From sequence record SRR31156797_6884: 64,000 bases of DNA; one strand, 5' to 3'. Of the stretch, positions 42,525 through 51,593 are shown one piece after another. A program made the position numbers and the translations under genes. Each line of letters begins with the position of its first letter. The stretch's first letter is position 1. The notes below the pieces were generated by a model, which did not search any database, was not told the DNA's origin, and saw only the letters and a program-made list of their open reading frames with translations.

Positions 42525-42776
42525 TATGGAACCTTAGGATGCAATAATTAGAAATAAAACTGTATTATCATTTGATAACAAGTCAATACAATATCTCCTA
42601 ACAATAATAGATCTGTCAGATGACTAACGCCTGTTTCGGCATAATCAAATACACCACTCCTAATCTTAAAAGAAAAAAAAGTGGCCAAACAAGCGGAAGA
42701 TGCTGGCGTTAAAAGCATTTTCGGCACTTTTTCTGACCACTTAATTGACTGTAATAAGGACGACTAAGTATGAAGA

Positions 42777-43529
42777 TTACGCGACGTAGCCATCGACGCC
42801 TTTAAACGAAGAGTAACCATCATCCACCATAACCGTAGAGCCATTAATAGCACTGGCTTCAGGCAACGATAAAATATAGATAGCATCGGCAATCTCTTTC
42901 GGTTCGATAATACGGCCTTTCATGTGAAGTTTGCTGCCAATCTCTTCTATCGGTTTATCGATCATGGCTGTTTTCACCCAACCCGGAGCAACAGAAAGCA
43001 CGCGCACCCCGTAAGGCGACAACTCTCTCGCCATAGCCTGAGTAGCCATCCGAACTCCGCCTTTGCTTGCGTGGTAACCAATACTCTCTGTATTCGCAAT
43101 CGAACCGCAGATTGAACCCACGTTAATCATGACACCAGTCCGGTTTTTCACCATCACTTTACCCACCTCATGGCAGAGCTGAATTGTGCCCATAAGGTTA
43201 ATTTGGATGGTATTCAAAATATCCGACAAATCCGCGTCAACCAAAGGAACTCTTTGACCAACGACACCTGCAACATTGGCAAGAACATCAATTGTGCCGA
43301 ATTTATCTAACGTCTGGCGAACCGCTTGTGCACATTGGTTAGCATCCGCGATATTACATTCCACAAAAATAACATCACCTAATACAGACAGCTCAGACAT
43401 CGCCTGATTAATGGTTTCCTCATTATCTATACTAGCAATTGCAACCTTGTACCCTTTCTCCAAGTATTTTTTTGCTGTTTCAAAACCAATACCACGAGTA
43501 CCGCCCGTCACCATAGCCACTTTATTCAT
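42777..43529 (-). CDS. Short-chain dehydrogenase/reductase
   Basis: TGGTRGIG, NVAG, YHASK. Confidence 0.92.
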   Translation of the reverse strand: MNKVAMVTGGTRGIGFETAKKYLEKGYKVAIASIDNEETINQAMSELSVLGDVIFVECNIADANQCAQAVRQTLDKFGTIDVLANVAGVVGQRVPLVDADLSDILNTIQINLMGTIQLCHEVGKVMVKNRTGVMINVGSICGSIANTESIGYHASKGGVRMATQAMARELSPYGVRVLSVAPGWVKTAMIDKPIEEIGSKLHMKGRIIEPKEIADAIYILSLPEASAINGSTVMVDDGYSSFKGVDGYVA

Positions 43530-43620
43530 ATATTGTCCTTCATTAATATTTTTATTTATTAAAAGTTATTCTTCTCTATGAGACTAACGGTTATAAAAAC
43601 AATAAATAAAGGCAATTTAA

Positions 43621-43637
43621 TTCCAAACAGACTGGAA
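43621..43637. promoter_or_regulatory. LysR-type dyad
   Basis: TTCCA-N7-TGGAA in the AT-rich divergent spacer. Confidence 0.5.
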
Positions 43638-43989
43638 CAAAATTCCATAATAGAAGCACAAAACTCCTATAGATGAAATTATTTACCGCCAAATCTCACT
43701 TATACATGAATGCTAGGAAAAAGACTGTGGAACACTAAGATGGAATGATATAAAAACCGCTAATAATGTTAAATAACAAACAGACCAAACCAACTTCAAC
43801 ATCTTGAAATATAATAAACAAATACAAAAATTGATGTTAGTCAAATTAAAAATCAACAAATAAGCAACGGCAGATTAATATTCAATCCTTTTAATTAATA
43901 TAGAACATAAAAATTCAAGGCTATAAAATAAATAAAAATTAATATTTAAAATAATCCCAAATTAATCAACTTCACGAAAAGAATAAAAG

Positions 43990-45915
43990 ATGCTTAAACA
44001 TATTTTTGAACCTTTAACTATCGGCAACTTAGTATTAAAAAACCGTTTTGTTGTTCCACCAATGGTATCCAACTACGCAAATGAAGATGGGACCTGTAGC
44101 GAACAGTTTATTGCTTATCACGAAGAAAAAGCTAAAGGGGGCTGGGGATTAATTATTGTAGAAGATTATAAAATTAATCCGGAGTCAGGTGGTTTCGTAA
44201 AATTGCCGGGGCTTTGGCATGACGATCAGATCAAAAGCCATCAAGAACTGACCGCTCGTGTTCATAAACACGGTGCAAAAATAGCGGCCCAGATCTATCA
44301 TGCAGGAAGAGAAACATCAGCGGCCATAACAGGTGTACAGCCAGTAGCACCGTCAGCAATTCCTGACCCTGTCGTTAATGCCATGCCAAGAGAACTCACT
44401 ATTGAAGAAATTTCTCAGTTGGTTGAGGAGTTCGGAGATACCGCACTAAGAGCAAAGATAGCAGGATTTGACGCGGTTGAAATACATGGTGCACACGGCT
44501 ATTTGGTCAATCAGTTTATGTCGCCATTTTCCAACAAGCGAACAGACAAGTACGGCGGTACGATACTTAACCGTGCGAGATTTGCGCTTGAAATTATTGC
44601 CAACATTCGCTCTAAAGTTGGAGACGATTTTCCTTTAATTTATAGAATGTCAGTTAACGAATATGTTGAAGGTGGTCTTACAACTGAAGACAGCAAAGTT
44701 ATCTCAATGCTTTTGGAAGACGCTGGCATCGATGTCATTCATGCATCCAACGGTGTTTACGCATCGAGCGACAAAATTATTCCTCCAACGGCGGTAAGCC
44801 ACGCCTGGAGTGCATCAATCAGTGAAGAAATAAAGAAAGTCGTGTCAATCCCGGTTATTGCTGTCGGTCGAATCAACGACCCGCTCATTGCTGAATCTGT
44901 TTTACGCGCTAATCAGGCAGACCTCATTTCAATGGGACGCGCATCATTAGCTGACCCTCATCTACCCAATAAAGCCAAAGCCGGTGACTTTGACAACATA
45001 ATCCGCTGCATCGGATGTCTGCAGGGTTGCATCCAGCGCAACGGCCAGCAACTTCCAATTAAATGCTTGGTTAATCCTATGACAGGTCACGAATCAGAAA
45101 GACAAATACAACCAGATAATAATAAGAAAACGGTCGTTATTATTGGTGGGGGAATTGCAGGCATGGAAGCGGCTATCGTCGCTGCTCAAAAAGGTCATAC
45201 CGTTGAACTGTTTGAAAAAAATAGTCGCCTTGGTGGTCAATGGGTGCTTGCGGCAATCCCACCGACAAAAGAGGAGCTCGGTTCGTTTACAACATGGCAA
45301 ATACACAAACTCCAGGAGCTTGGCGTCACCGTTCACCTAAACAAAGAGATTACTCTTGAAATAATTGAAACCATAAATCCAGATTCCGTTATTGTTGCCA
45401 CAGGCGCTTTACCATTTATTCCAAATATCCCGGGCAAAGATTTACAACACGTTGTTACTGCTAATGACGTTCTGCAAGGTAACGTAGTACCGGGGAAACA
45501 GGTTGTTGTCATTGGTGGCGGACTTGTGGGCTCAGAAACAGCAGCACACCTAGCCAATCACGGTCATAACGTTTCGATTATAGAAATGGGTTCTGATATT
45601 TTTGTTGGCACACCGTCATCAACAAAAAAATATCTGCTGGAAGATCTACACAATCACAACGTCGTCGTCAAGACCGAAACGGTAGTAAAAGAGATACGTT
45701 CAAACGCCGTTTTAGTTGAAATCCAAGACGGAGATACAAAAGAACTGAGCAACATCGACACCGTTGTTATGGCGATCGGGTCTCGTCCGATCAACTTCTC
45801 ACTGGACCAACTCAAAGATAAGGTCAGCAACGTTGTAACCATTGGTGATGCGCTTCAGGTAAGAAAAGCAATGGAAGCCATTGAAGAAGGATACTTGGCG
45901 GGGCTTGAAGTTTAG
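43990..45915 (+). CDS. Multidomain NADH:flavin oxidoreductase (OYE barrel + 4Fe-4S + FAD; enoate/dienoyl reductase family)
   Basis: EIHGAHGYL, NKRTDKYGG, CIGCLQGC-x11-C, two Rossmann-type glycine motifs. Confidence 0.92.
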   Translation: MLKHIFEPLTIGNLVLKNRFVVPPMVSNYANEDGTCSEQFIAYHEEKAKGGWGLIIVEDYKINPESGGFVKLPGLWHDDQIKSHQELTARVHKHGAKIAAQIYHAGRETSAAITGVQPVAPSAIPDPVVNAMPRELTIEEISQLVEEFGDTALRAKIAGFDAVEIHGAHGYLVNQFMSPFSNKRTDKYGGTILNRARFALEIIANIRSKVGDDFPLIYRMSVNEYVEGGLTTEDSKVISMLLEDAGIDVIHASNGVYASSDKIIPPTAVSHAWSASISEEIKKVVSIPVIAVGRINDPLIAESVLRANQADLISMGRASLADPHLPNKAKAGDFDNIIRCIGCLQGCIQRNGQQLPIKCLVNPMTGHESERQIQPDNNKKTVVIIGGGIAGMEAAIVAAQKGHTVELFEKNSRLGGQWVLAAIPPTKEELGSFTTWQIHKLQELGVTVHLNKEITLEIIETINPDSVIVATGALPFIPNIPGKDLQHVVTANDVLQGNVVPGKQVVVIGGGLVGSETAAHLANHGHNVSIIEMGSDIFVGTPSSTKKYLLEDLHNHNVVVKTETVVKEIRSNAVLVEIQDGDTKELSNIDTVVMAIGSRPINFSLDQLKDKVSNVVTIGDALQVRKAMEAIEEGYLAGLEV

Positions 45916-45930
45916 TAGTACGCTTTGCGA

Positions 45931-45965
45931 CAACATAAGGCCCAGCGTTTTAGGGCCTTATGTTG
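45931..45965. terminator. Hairpin terminator
   Basis: CAACATAAGGCCC...GGGCCTTATGTTG followed by CTTTT. Confidence 0.8.
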
Positions 45966-46005
45966 CTTTTGTAATCATTTGTTATTGTATTAATTCCATA
46001 CTTAA

Positions 46006-46106
46006 ATATCTTCAATAAGTCCCGTCACGTAACACAACAAGGCCCAGATAGAGGCTAAGTAAAACCCGAACTTCATTCGTCATATCGACCAATTTTTACA
46101 TTTTTC
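46006..46106 (-). repeat. Duplicated non-coding element, copy A
   Basis: Homologous to 50052-50152, with blocks of 25/27 and 17/21 identity. Confidence 0.8.
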
Positions 46107-46203
46107 ACGTTTATCATTCCAGCTCTGGTTGATTAATTCTTTAGCCATCCTCAATACAGCTGCGCTCCCCGCCCCCAGAACAAAATATGACCAATTACTC
46201 AAA

Positions 46204-46268
46204 ATGGCACACCAATACTAAAATTTGGTCGATCAAAATCACCAACAAAAAACTACTTGGTTTACCAA
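46204..46268. promoter_or_regulatory. Cluster of UxuR/ExuR-type operators
   Basis: ATGGCACACCAA (46204), TTGGTCGATCAA (46225), TTGGTTTACCAA (46257). Confidence 0.7.
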
Positions 46269-46339
46269 TTGTTGAATAAAAAATATATTGCTTTTGTTTA
46301 TTTCAAACGCAAGAAGGCAAACAATGAAAAGAGGTAAAC

Positions 46340-46711
46340 ATGCATATTTTGAATTGGAACGATAGCGCTATTCCACATGAATTGTGGATAGAAGAAACTC
46401 CTGCGGGTACAGCAAAACTCATTTTAAAAGTAGTAAAAGATGTAGAACCAGAAGTGTTGTCACTTGACCTACCTTGCACACCTGAGACGTTAATTGAAGC
46501 CTGGCAAGGTTATGCAGAACCGATTTCTGACGCTTATGATGACGGATACTTATATTCTCAAGTTCGTAGTCTGTTCAACCTTAAACAAGGCTGTGTGGTT
46601 TGGGCTGTAAATCATGTAAAACTGGCTGATGAAAACAAAATGTCATTCGATAGACTAGAATTCGTTCCAACGATGGTAAGTAAAGAACATCGTTTAATTC
46701 CAGCTAGTTAA
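46340..46711 (+). CDS. Hypothetical protein
   Basis: 123 aa with GAGG RBS; no recognised motif. Confidence 0.75.
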   Translation: MHILNWNDSAIPHELWIEETPAGTAKLILKVVKDVEPEVLSLDLPCTPETLIEAWQGYAEPISDAYDDGYLYSQVRSLFNLKQGCVVWAVNHVKLADENKMSFDRLEFVPTMVSKEHRLIPAS

Positions 46712-46846
46712 CATTAAACTCATCCTCAAGCTTAATAAGACAAGCAACCAATCCTTCAAATTGCGTTGCTTGTTTTTTTACATCTACCAAGTGACAAAAA
46801 AGCCTCTCGCAAAGGAGAGGCTCGATACGAAAGCAATAAGCAACAA

Positions 46847-47476
46847 TTAAGAGTTAACCAACTCCACAGCTTCACGAGTGAGACGAGCCAACTCTTCCCA
46901 CTCTCCTGCTTCGACCAGCTTTTTATCAACCATCCAAGTACCACCACATGCCAGAACACGCGGTACAGATAGATACTCTTTAATATTGTTCGGGTTAATG
47001 CCACCAGTCGGCATAATATGAACATCACCGTAAGGCGCGAGCAGGGCTTTGACCATATTCACTCCACCAGAAGCTTCAGCAGGGAAGAACTTTAACGTGG
47101 TTAATCCCATTTCAAGAGCACCTTCAACCGCACTAGGATTGTTCACGCCAGGGATAATATCAATACCAATTTCCTGACAAGCTTTCACTGTGTTTGGGTT
47201 GAACCCAGGAGAAACAATAAACGTCGCACCCGCTTCTTTTGCCGCAATGGCTTGTTCTTTATTCAACACGGTACCCGCACCGATAAGCATATCCGGCTGG
47301 GCTTCGCGAAGCAATCGAATGGCTTCTACCGCCGCGTCAGATCTGAACGTAATTTCAGCGGCTGGTAAACCATTTTCCGCTAACACTTTACCAAGGGGAA
47401 TAATATCCTCCGCTTTATCGATAGCGATAACAGGGATAACTTTAAGTGCTTTAAGCTGTTCATTAATAACAGACAT
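46847..47476 (-). CDS. eda: KDPG/KHG aldolase
   Basis: AEITFRS, GAGTVL, LKFFPAE, MPTGG. Confidence 0.96.
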   Translation of the reverse strand: MSVINEQLKALKVIPVIAIDKAEDIIPLGKVLAENGLPAAEITFRSDAAVEAIRLLREAQPDMLIGAGTVLNKEQAIAAKEAGATFIVSPGFNPNTVKACQEIGIDIIPGVNNPSAVEGALEMGLTTLKFFPAEASGGVNMVKALLAPYGDVHIMPTGGINPNNIKEYLSVPRVLACGGTWMVDKKLVEAGEWEELARLTREAVELVNS

Positions 47477-47493
47477 AACAAGTCCTTTTAATA

Positions 47494-48450
47494 CTATTTT
47501 TGAAGCAAAACATCGGTAGCAGATTTAGGGATAATCGCACCACGATGCTGAATGATGATACCGGCAAGCGCGTTACCACGTTGACAAGATTCTTCTATCG
47601 AGCCACCAGCCAAGTAACAAGACAGAAACCCACCGTTAAATGAATCACCGGCAGAAGTTGTATCAACAACGGTTTCGACTGGTACCGTTGGGACTGAGTA
47701 GTGACATTTGGCAGCAACGTCACCAACCAAACAACCTTCTTCGCCAAGTTTGACAACCACTTTTGATACGCCAAGCTGACTTAAACGCGCTAAAGTATCT
47801 TCAGGCGTTGTATCTCCCCAGATCAGTTGTTCATCATCAAACGTGACGAGCGCCAAATCTGTTGCTTGATACATTGCCAGATAGTTATCTTTAACCGTTT
47901 TGAGTTCGTCGTTAGGCCACAATGCAGGACGATAGTTACTATCAAACGCAATCTCGACACCTTTATTCCTTAGGGTATTAAGCAGTTCAAGTAACGTAAT
48001 ACGATCTTCTTCAGGTAGGATTGCTAAAGTAATACCACTAACAAAGATCATGTCCACGTCAGATAGTGATTGTTCGATACGCTCAAAATCGGGGTGCTGC
48101 ATAACGAAGCGAGCAGCTGACTGATTGCGCCAATACAGAAAAGTACGCTCACCTTTATCATCCAATTGGATTAGATAAAGACCCGGCGTACGATGCTCAT
48201 CACGCAATACTAAACTTGTGTTGATGCCTTCGTCCTGCCAACGAGTAACAATACCGTTACTCAAAGGGTCCGTACCCATCGCAGAAACGTAGGAAATGGT
48301 AATGGGTTGATTCTCGGGGTTAAGCATACAACCGCGGCTCAGGTATACCGCGGCGTTTAGCGTATCTCCACCGAAGGTTTGATGCATAGAGCCAAACGGT
48401 TTACCGTTTAGCTCTATCATGCATTCACCAATAATAGCGATATGTTTCAT
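47494..48450 (-). CDS. kdgK: 2-keto-3-deoxygluconate kinase (PfkB family)
   Basis: IGECMIEL, GGDTLN, DSNYRPALW, DTTSAGDSF. Confidence 0.93.
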   Translation of the reverse strand: MKHIAIIGECMIELNGKPFGSMHQTFGGDTLNAAVYLSRGCMLNPENQPITISYVSAMGTDPLSNGIVTRWQDEGINTSLVLRDEHRTPGLYLIQLDDKGERTFLYWRNQSAARFVMQHPDFERIEQSLSDVDMIFVSGITLAILPEEDRITLLELLNTLRNKGVEIAFDSNYRPALWPNDELKTVKDNYLAMYQATDLALVTFDDEQLIWGDTTPEDTLARLSQLGVSKVVVKLGEEGCLVGDVAAKCHYSVPTVPVETVVDTTSAGDSFNGGFLSCYLAGGSIEESCQRGNALAGIIIQHRGAIIPKSATDVLLQK

Positions 48451-48460
48451 ACACTTCTTA

Positions 48461-49924
48461 CTACAGGGCTTCAACTGTCGCACGAGCGCCATTATTAATT
48501 AAAGACAAATACGCAGAACTCACTGCATCGATGACTTTAGGATTTTGACCAATCTCAGGTGCAAAAATCGCTTCGATAGACAGTAGAGCCGGAACAACGG
48601 ATACGTTTAATCCATGTTCATCGCACACAGCTTTCAGTTTGTCTGCCATTGGATCACACACTTCAATTTCGTTGCCTTGTTCGTCAACGGCTGATACGTA
48701 ACGCATCCAACCCGCAATTCCAGCAGCAAGCCATTTGAAATCAGAACCTTGCTCTAAATGGAAACGCAAGCTACCACCCATACGCTGAGGGATCTTCTGG
48801 CTACCATCCATCGCGATTTGCCATGTTCTGTGTTTTAAGCTTGGGTTTGTAAAGCGATCAATAAGCAAGGTTGCATAACCTTCCAGATCCGTGCCTTCAG
48901 GCATGTTTAATGACGGAGCTTGCGCTTTCATCATCATGTCCAATGCCGCTTTGCGGTAGCCTTCGTTAGTCATAGTGTCAGAGATGTGTGCATAGCCGCC
49001 AAGATAACCTAGGTATGCAAGGAACGAGTGGCTGCCATTTAACATACGCAATTTCATTTCTTCGTAAGGAACAACGTCTGCAACGAATTCTGCTCCAGCA
49101 ATATTCCAGTCTGGACGACCAGCAACAAAGTTGTCTTCGATAACCCATTGGCGGAATGGTTCACAGGCAATACCGCATGGATCTTCAACACCCAGTAGAT
49201 CTGTAATTTCATTTAATGTTTCTGGTGTTGCTGCCGGAACAATACGGTCAACCATAGTGCATGGGAATGTCACATTAGCTTCAATCCAAGCACCTAACTC
49301 CGAATCAACTAACTTAGCGAATTCCAAAATTGCCGCTTTAGCTACATGACCATTCTCTTGAACATTGTCACACGACATCACAGTGAAAGGTTTTAGGTTG
49401 CGCTCACGACGAAGTTTCAGAGCCTGAACAATATAACCTAATGCAGACTTAGGCTGAGTTGGGTTTTCTAAATCCGCTACAACTAGAGCGTTACTTTTAT
49501 CAAGCAGGCCTGTCGCAGGGTCCGCACAATAGCCTTTTTCTGTGATGGTCATTGAAACGATAGCAACTTGAGGTTCTGCCATTTTTTCAATAACAGCATC
49601 AGATCCATCAAAGGTAGGGTGTAAAGATTCACAAACAGCACCAATGACTTTAACTTCCGTTTGTTCTGCACCTTTCTCTGCAACAGTGTATAGGTGATCT
49701 TGCGCTCTTAGAGACTGAATTAACTCTTCACCGCCAAACAAATTTACTTCACAAATACCCCAGTCACTGTCTGATTTACGAGCGACTTCATCAGTAAAAA
49801 GCCCTTGGTGTGCGCGATGAAATGCTCCAAACCCTAAATGGACGATTCTCGACTTAAGCTTCGAGCGGTCGTAAGTACCGACATTAACTTGTTGGTTCAG
49901 TGAAGAATTCGATATATTTTTCAT
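48461..49924 (-). CDS. uxuB: Fructuronate reductase (D-mannonate oxidoreductase, copy 2)
   Basis: IVHLGFGAFHRAHQ, DWGICEVNL, KLRMLNGSH, QIAMDGSQK. Confidence 0.94.
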   Translation of the reverse strand: MKNISNSSLNQQVNVGTYDRSKLKSRIVHLGFGAFHRAHQGLFTDEVARKSDSDWGICEVNLFGGEELIQSLRAQDHLYTVAEKGAEQTEVKVIGAVCESLHPTFDGSDAVIEKMAEPQVAIVSMTITEKGYCADPATGLLDKSNALVVADLENPTQPKSALGYIVQALKLRRERNLKPFTVMSCDNVQENGHVAKAAILEFAKLVDSELGAWIEANVTFPCTMVDRIVPAATPETLNEITDLLGVEDPCGIACEPFRQWVIEDNFVAGRPDWNIAGAEFVADVVPYEEMKLRMLNGSHSFLAYLGYLGGYAHISDTMTNEGYRKAALDMMMKAQAPSLNMPEGTDLEGYATLLIDRFTNPSLKHRTWQIAMDGSQKIPQRMGGSLRFHLEQGSDFKWLAAGIAGWMRYVSAVDEQGNEIEVCDPMADKLKAVCDEHGLNVSVVPALLSIEAIFAPEIGQNPKVIDAVSSAYLSLINNGARATVEAL

Positions 49925-50035
49925 AGTAAAAGTGTCCTTTTCTCGGCAGTAAAGTGCGAGAAGTCCATTAATTTATTGGTTAAACTTGGTCACCCAGAAC
50001 CAAATCAGGCAGCAACAACCCGTATCTAAAAGTGC

Positions 50036-50647
50036 TTGGCTTACCAATCACATATCTTAATAAGACTTGCCACATAACACAGAAAGGCCGAAAGAGAGAA
50101 ACTCAGTGAAGCGATAACTTCATTTGTCATGTCGACCAATTTGTAATTTTTTGCTTTCAACAATGATCATCGGCTGTTAGTTGGCACACCAATTATAAAA
50201 TACCCTTTAGTGCAAAGAACTTAACAATCTCGCGATTAAAGCCTGATTATAAATAGCATCCCCCGTTTGTCACGCGATCGGAGTCACACATTAATTGTCA
50301 TACCAAAATAGCAACAACTATTGTGATTTTAATCAATTTACCTATAATTGGTTTTGATTTTACCCACATTGGTATGACAATATCGTCATTACCTCAGCTA
50401 AACCTCACAGTTTGGGATACCAATTGTCGACATAGTTGGTTTCATTCGTAACCAGATAATGAGTCGTGCAGACATAAAGTGGGAGTTGCATTTATTTAAC
50501 TGAGTGAGATTACATGGGCGAGTAGTACGATCTGTGTATTGATAACTACTTGATCTAATACTGAACATAGCGGAATGGTGTAAATAGCCAAAGCCGCTTA
50601 GCAATAACGAAAAGGACGTTACTACATTTGACTTTTTGGTTGACCGA
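50036..50647. promoter_or_regulatory. uxuB/uxuR divergent control region with multiple UxuR-type operators and CRP-like sites
   Basis: TTG-N6-CAA-type boxes at 50036, 50181, 50295, 50369, 50412 and 50636; CRP-like CGCGA-N6-TCACA at 50273. Confidence 0.75.
50052..50152 (-). repeat. Duplicated non-coding element, copy B (in the uxuB upstream region)
   Basis: Homologous to 46006-46106. Confidence 0.8.
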
Positions 50648-50693
50648 TTGTTTCTTGCCATTATCATAACGTAAGAAATCAGATGGAATATAC

Positions 50694-51455
50694 ATGTCAA
50701 ATACACCAAAAAGAGCTTACCAAGAAATTGGTCTCATACTACAAAACGAATTAATGGAAGGTCTTTACAAAGTTGGAGACAGACTTCCTCCAGAACGTGA
50801 TATTGCGGAACGCATGAATGTGAGCCGTACTGTCGTACGCGAAGCAATCATAATGCTGGAAATTCAAAACTTAGTAGAGGTTAAAAAGGGCTCTGGTGTT
50901 TATGTATGCAACATTCCATCTTCAGCCAATACAGAAGGCAGTGAGCTCGACGATGACGACGTAGGACCGTTTGAGTTACTGCAAGCTCGACAGTTACTCG
51001 AAAGTAACATTGCAGAGTTTGCAGCAGCAATGGCGACACCAAGTGATATTGGTAGAATGCGCCAAGCGCTTGCACTTGAAAAGAAAGAGCTTGAAAACGG
51101 CTCATCTGAAAGCAGCGGCGACGAACAGTTTCACATATGTATCGCACAAGCGACTCAAAATTCTGTATTGGTAGATATCTTAAAACAGTCTTGGGGCGGG
51201 CGTTTAAAAAGCCCAATGTGGAGAAAGCTTCACACTCGAATTAACGGGCAAGACTATCGTAAAGAGTGGGTGGATGACCACGCAAAAATACTTGCAGCCA
51301 TCCAACGTCGAGACCCTATCGCAGCCAAAAGTGCCATGTGGCAACACCTTGAAAATGTCAAACAGCGTTTACTCGAGCTGTCTGATATTGATGATCCAAA
51401 CTTCGATGGATATTTGTTTAATTCAAATCCAGTGATATCACTGAAGATGGATTAA
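50694..51455 (+). CDS. uxuR: GntR/FadR-family hexuronate regulator
   Basis: [36 protein letters not shown]-terminus. Confidence 0.88.
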   Translation: MSNTPKRAYQEIGLILQNELMEGLYKVGDRLPPERDIAERMNVSRTVVREAIIMLEIQNLVEVKKGSGVYVCNIPSSANTEGSELDDDDVGPFELLQARQLLESNIAEFAAAMATPSDIGRMRQALALEKKELENGSSESSGDEQFHICIAQATQNSVLVDILKQSWGGRLKSPMWRKLHTRINGQDYRKEWVDDHAKILAAIQRRDPIAAKSAMWQHLENVKQRLLELSDIDDPNFDGYLFNSNPVISLKMD

Positions 51456-51593
51456 CATTCAGATTCCATCGTTGTTTATCATTAAGCCCTATTAGCGACA
51501 CATATGCGTAGCTGATTAAACATTGTCATCGTACTTAGCGTTCTATACTTATTTCTGGATAGAGCTAATTACGTCCAATACAAGGTAAATAAC

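Noticed and set aside
42620-42770. Possible frameshifted gene remnant (ATG at 42620, A8 run, then VAKQAEDAGVKSIFGTFSDH) divergent from the LysR
   Set aside because: Too short to assign a family by eye; needs BLASTx. Not supportable as a pseudogene or phase-variable tract.
46012-50130. MTNEV micro-ORFs as a conserved leader peptide
   Set aside because: A 2-nt indel changes the frame between copies and there is no clear RBS; kept only as part of the non-coding repeat finding.
50036-50647. Repeated TTGG..CCAA motifs as a CRISPR-like or iteron array
   Set aside because: Only 12 bp, degenerate and irregularly spaced; explained by UxuR/ExuR operators.
50398-50709. 103-aa minus-strand ORF in the uxuB-uxuR spacer
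   Set aside because: Overlaps operators and the uxuR start; no protein-like motif.
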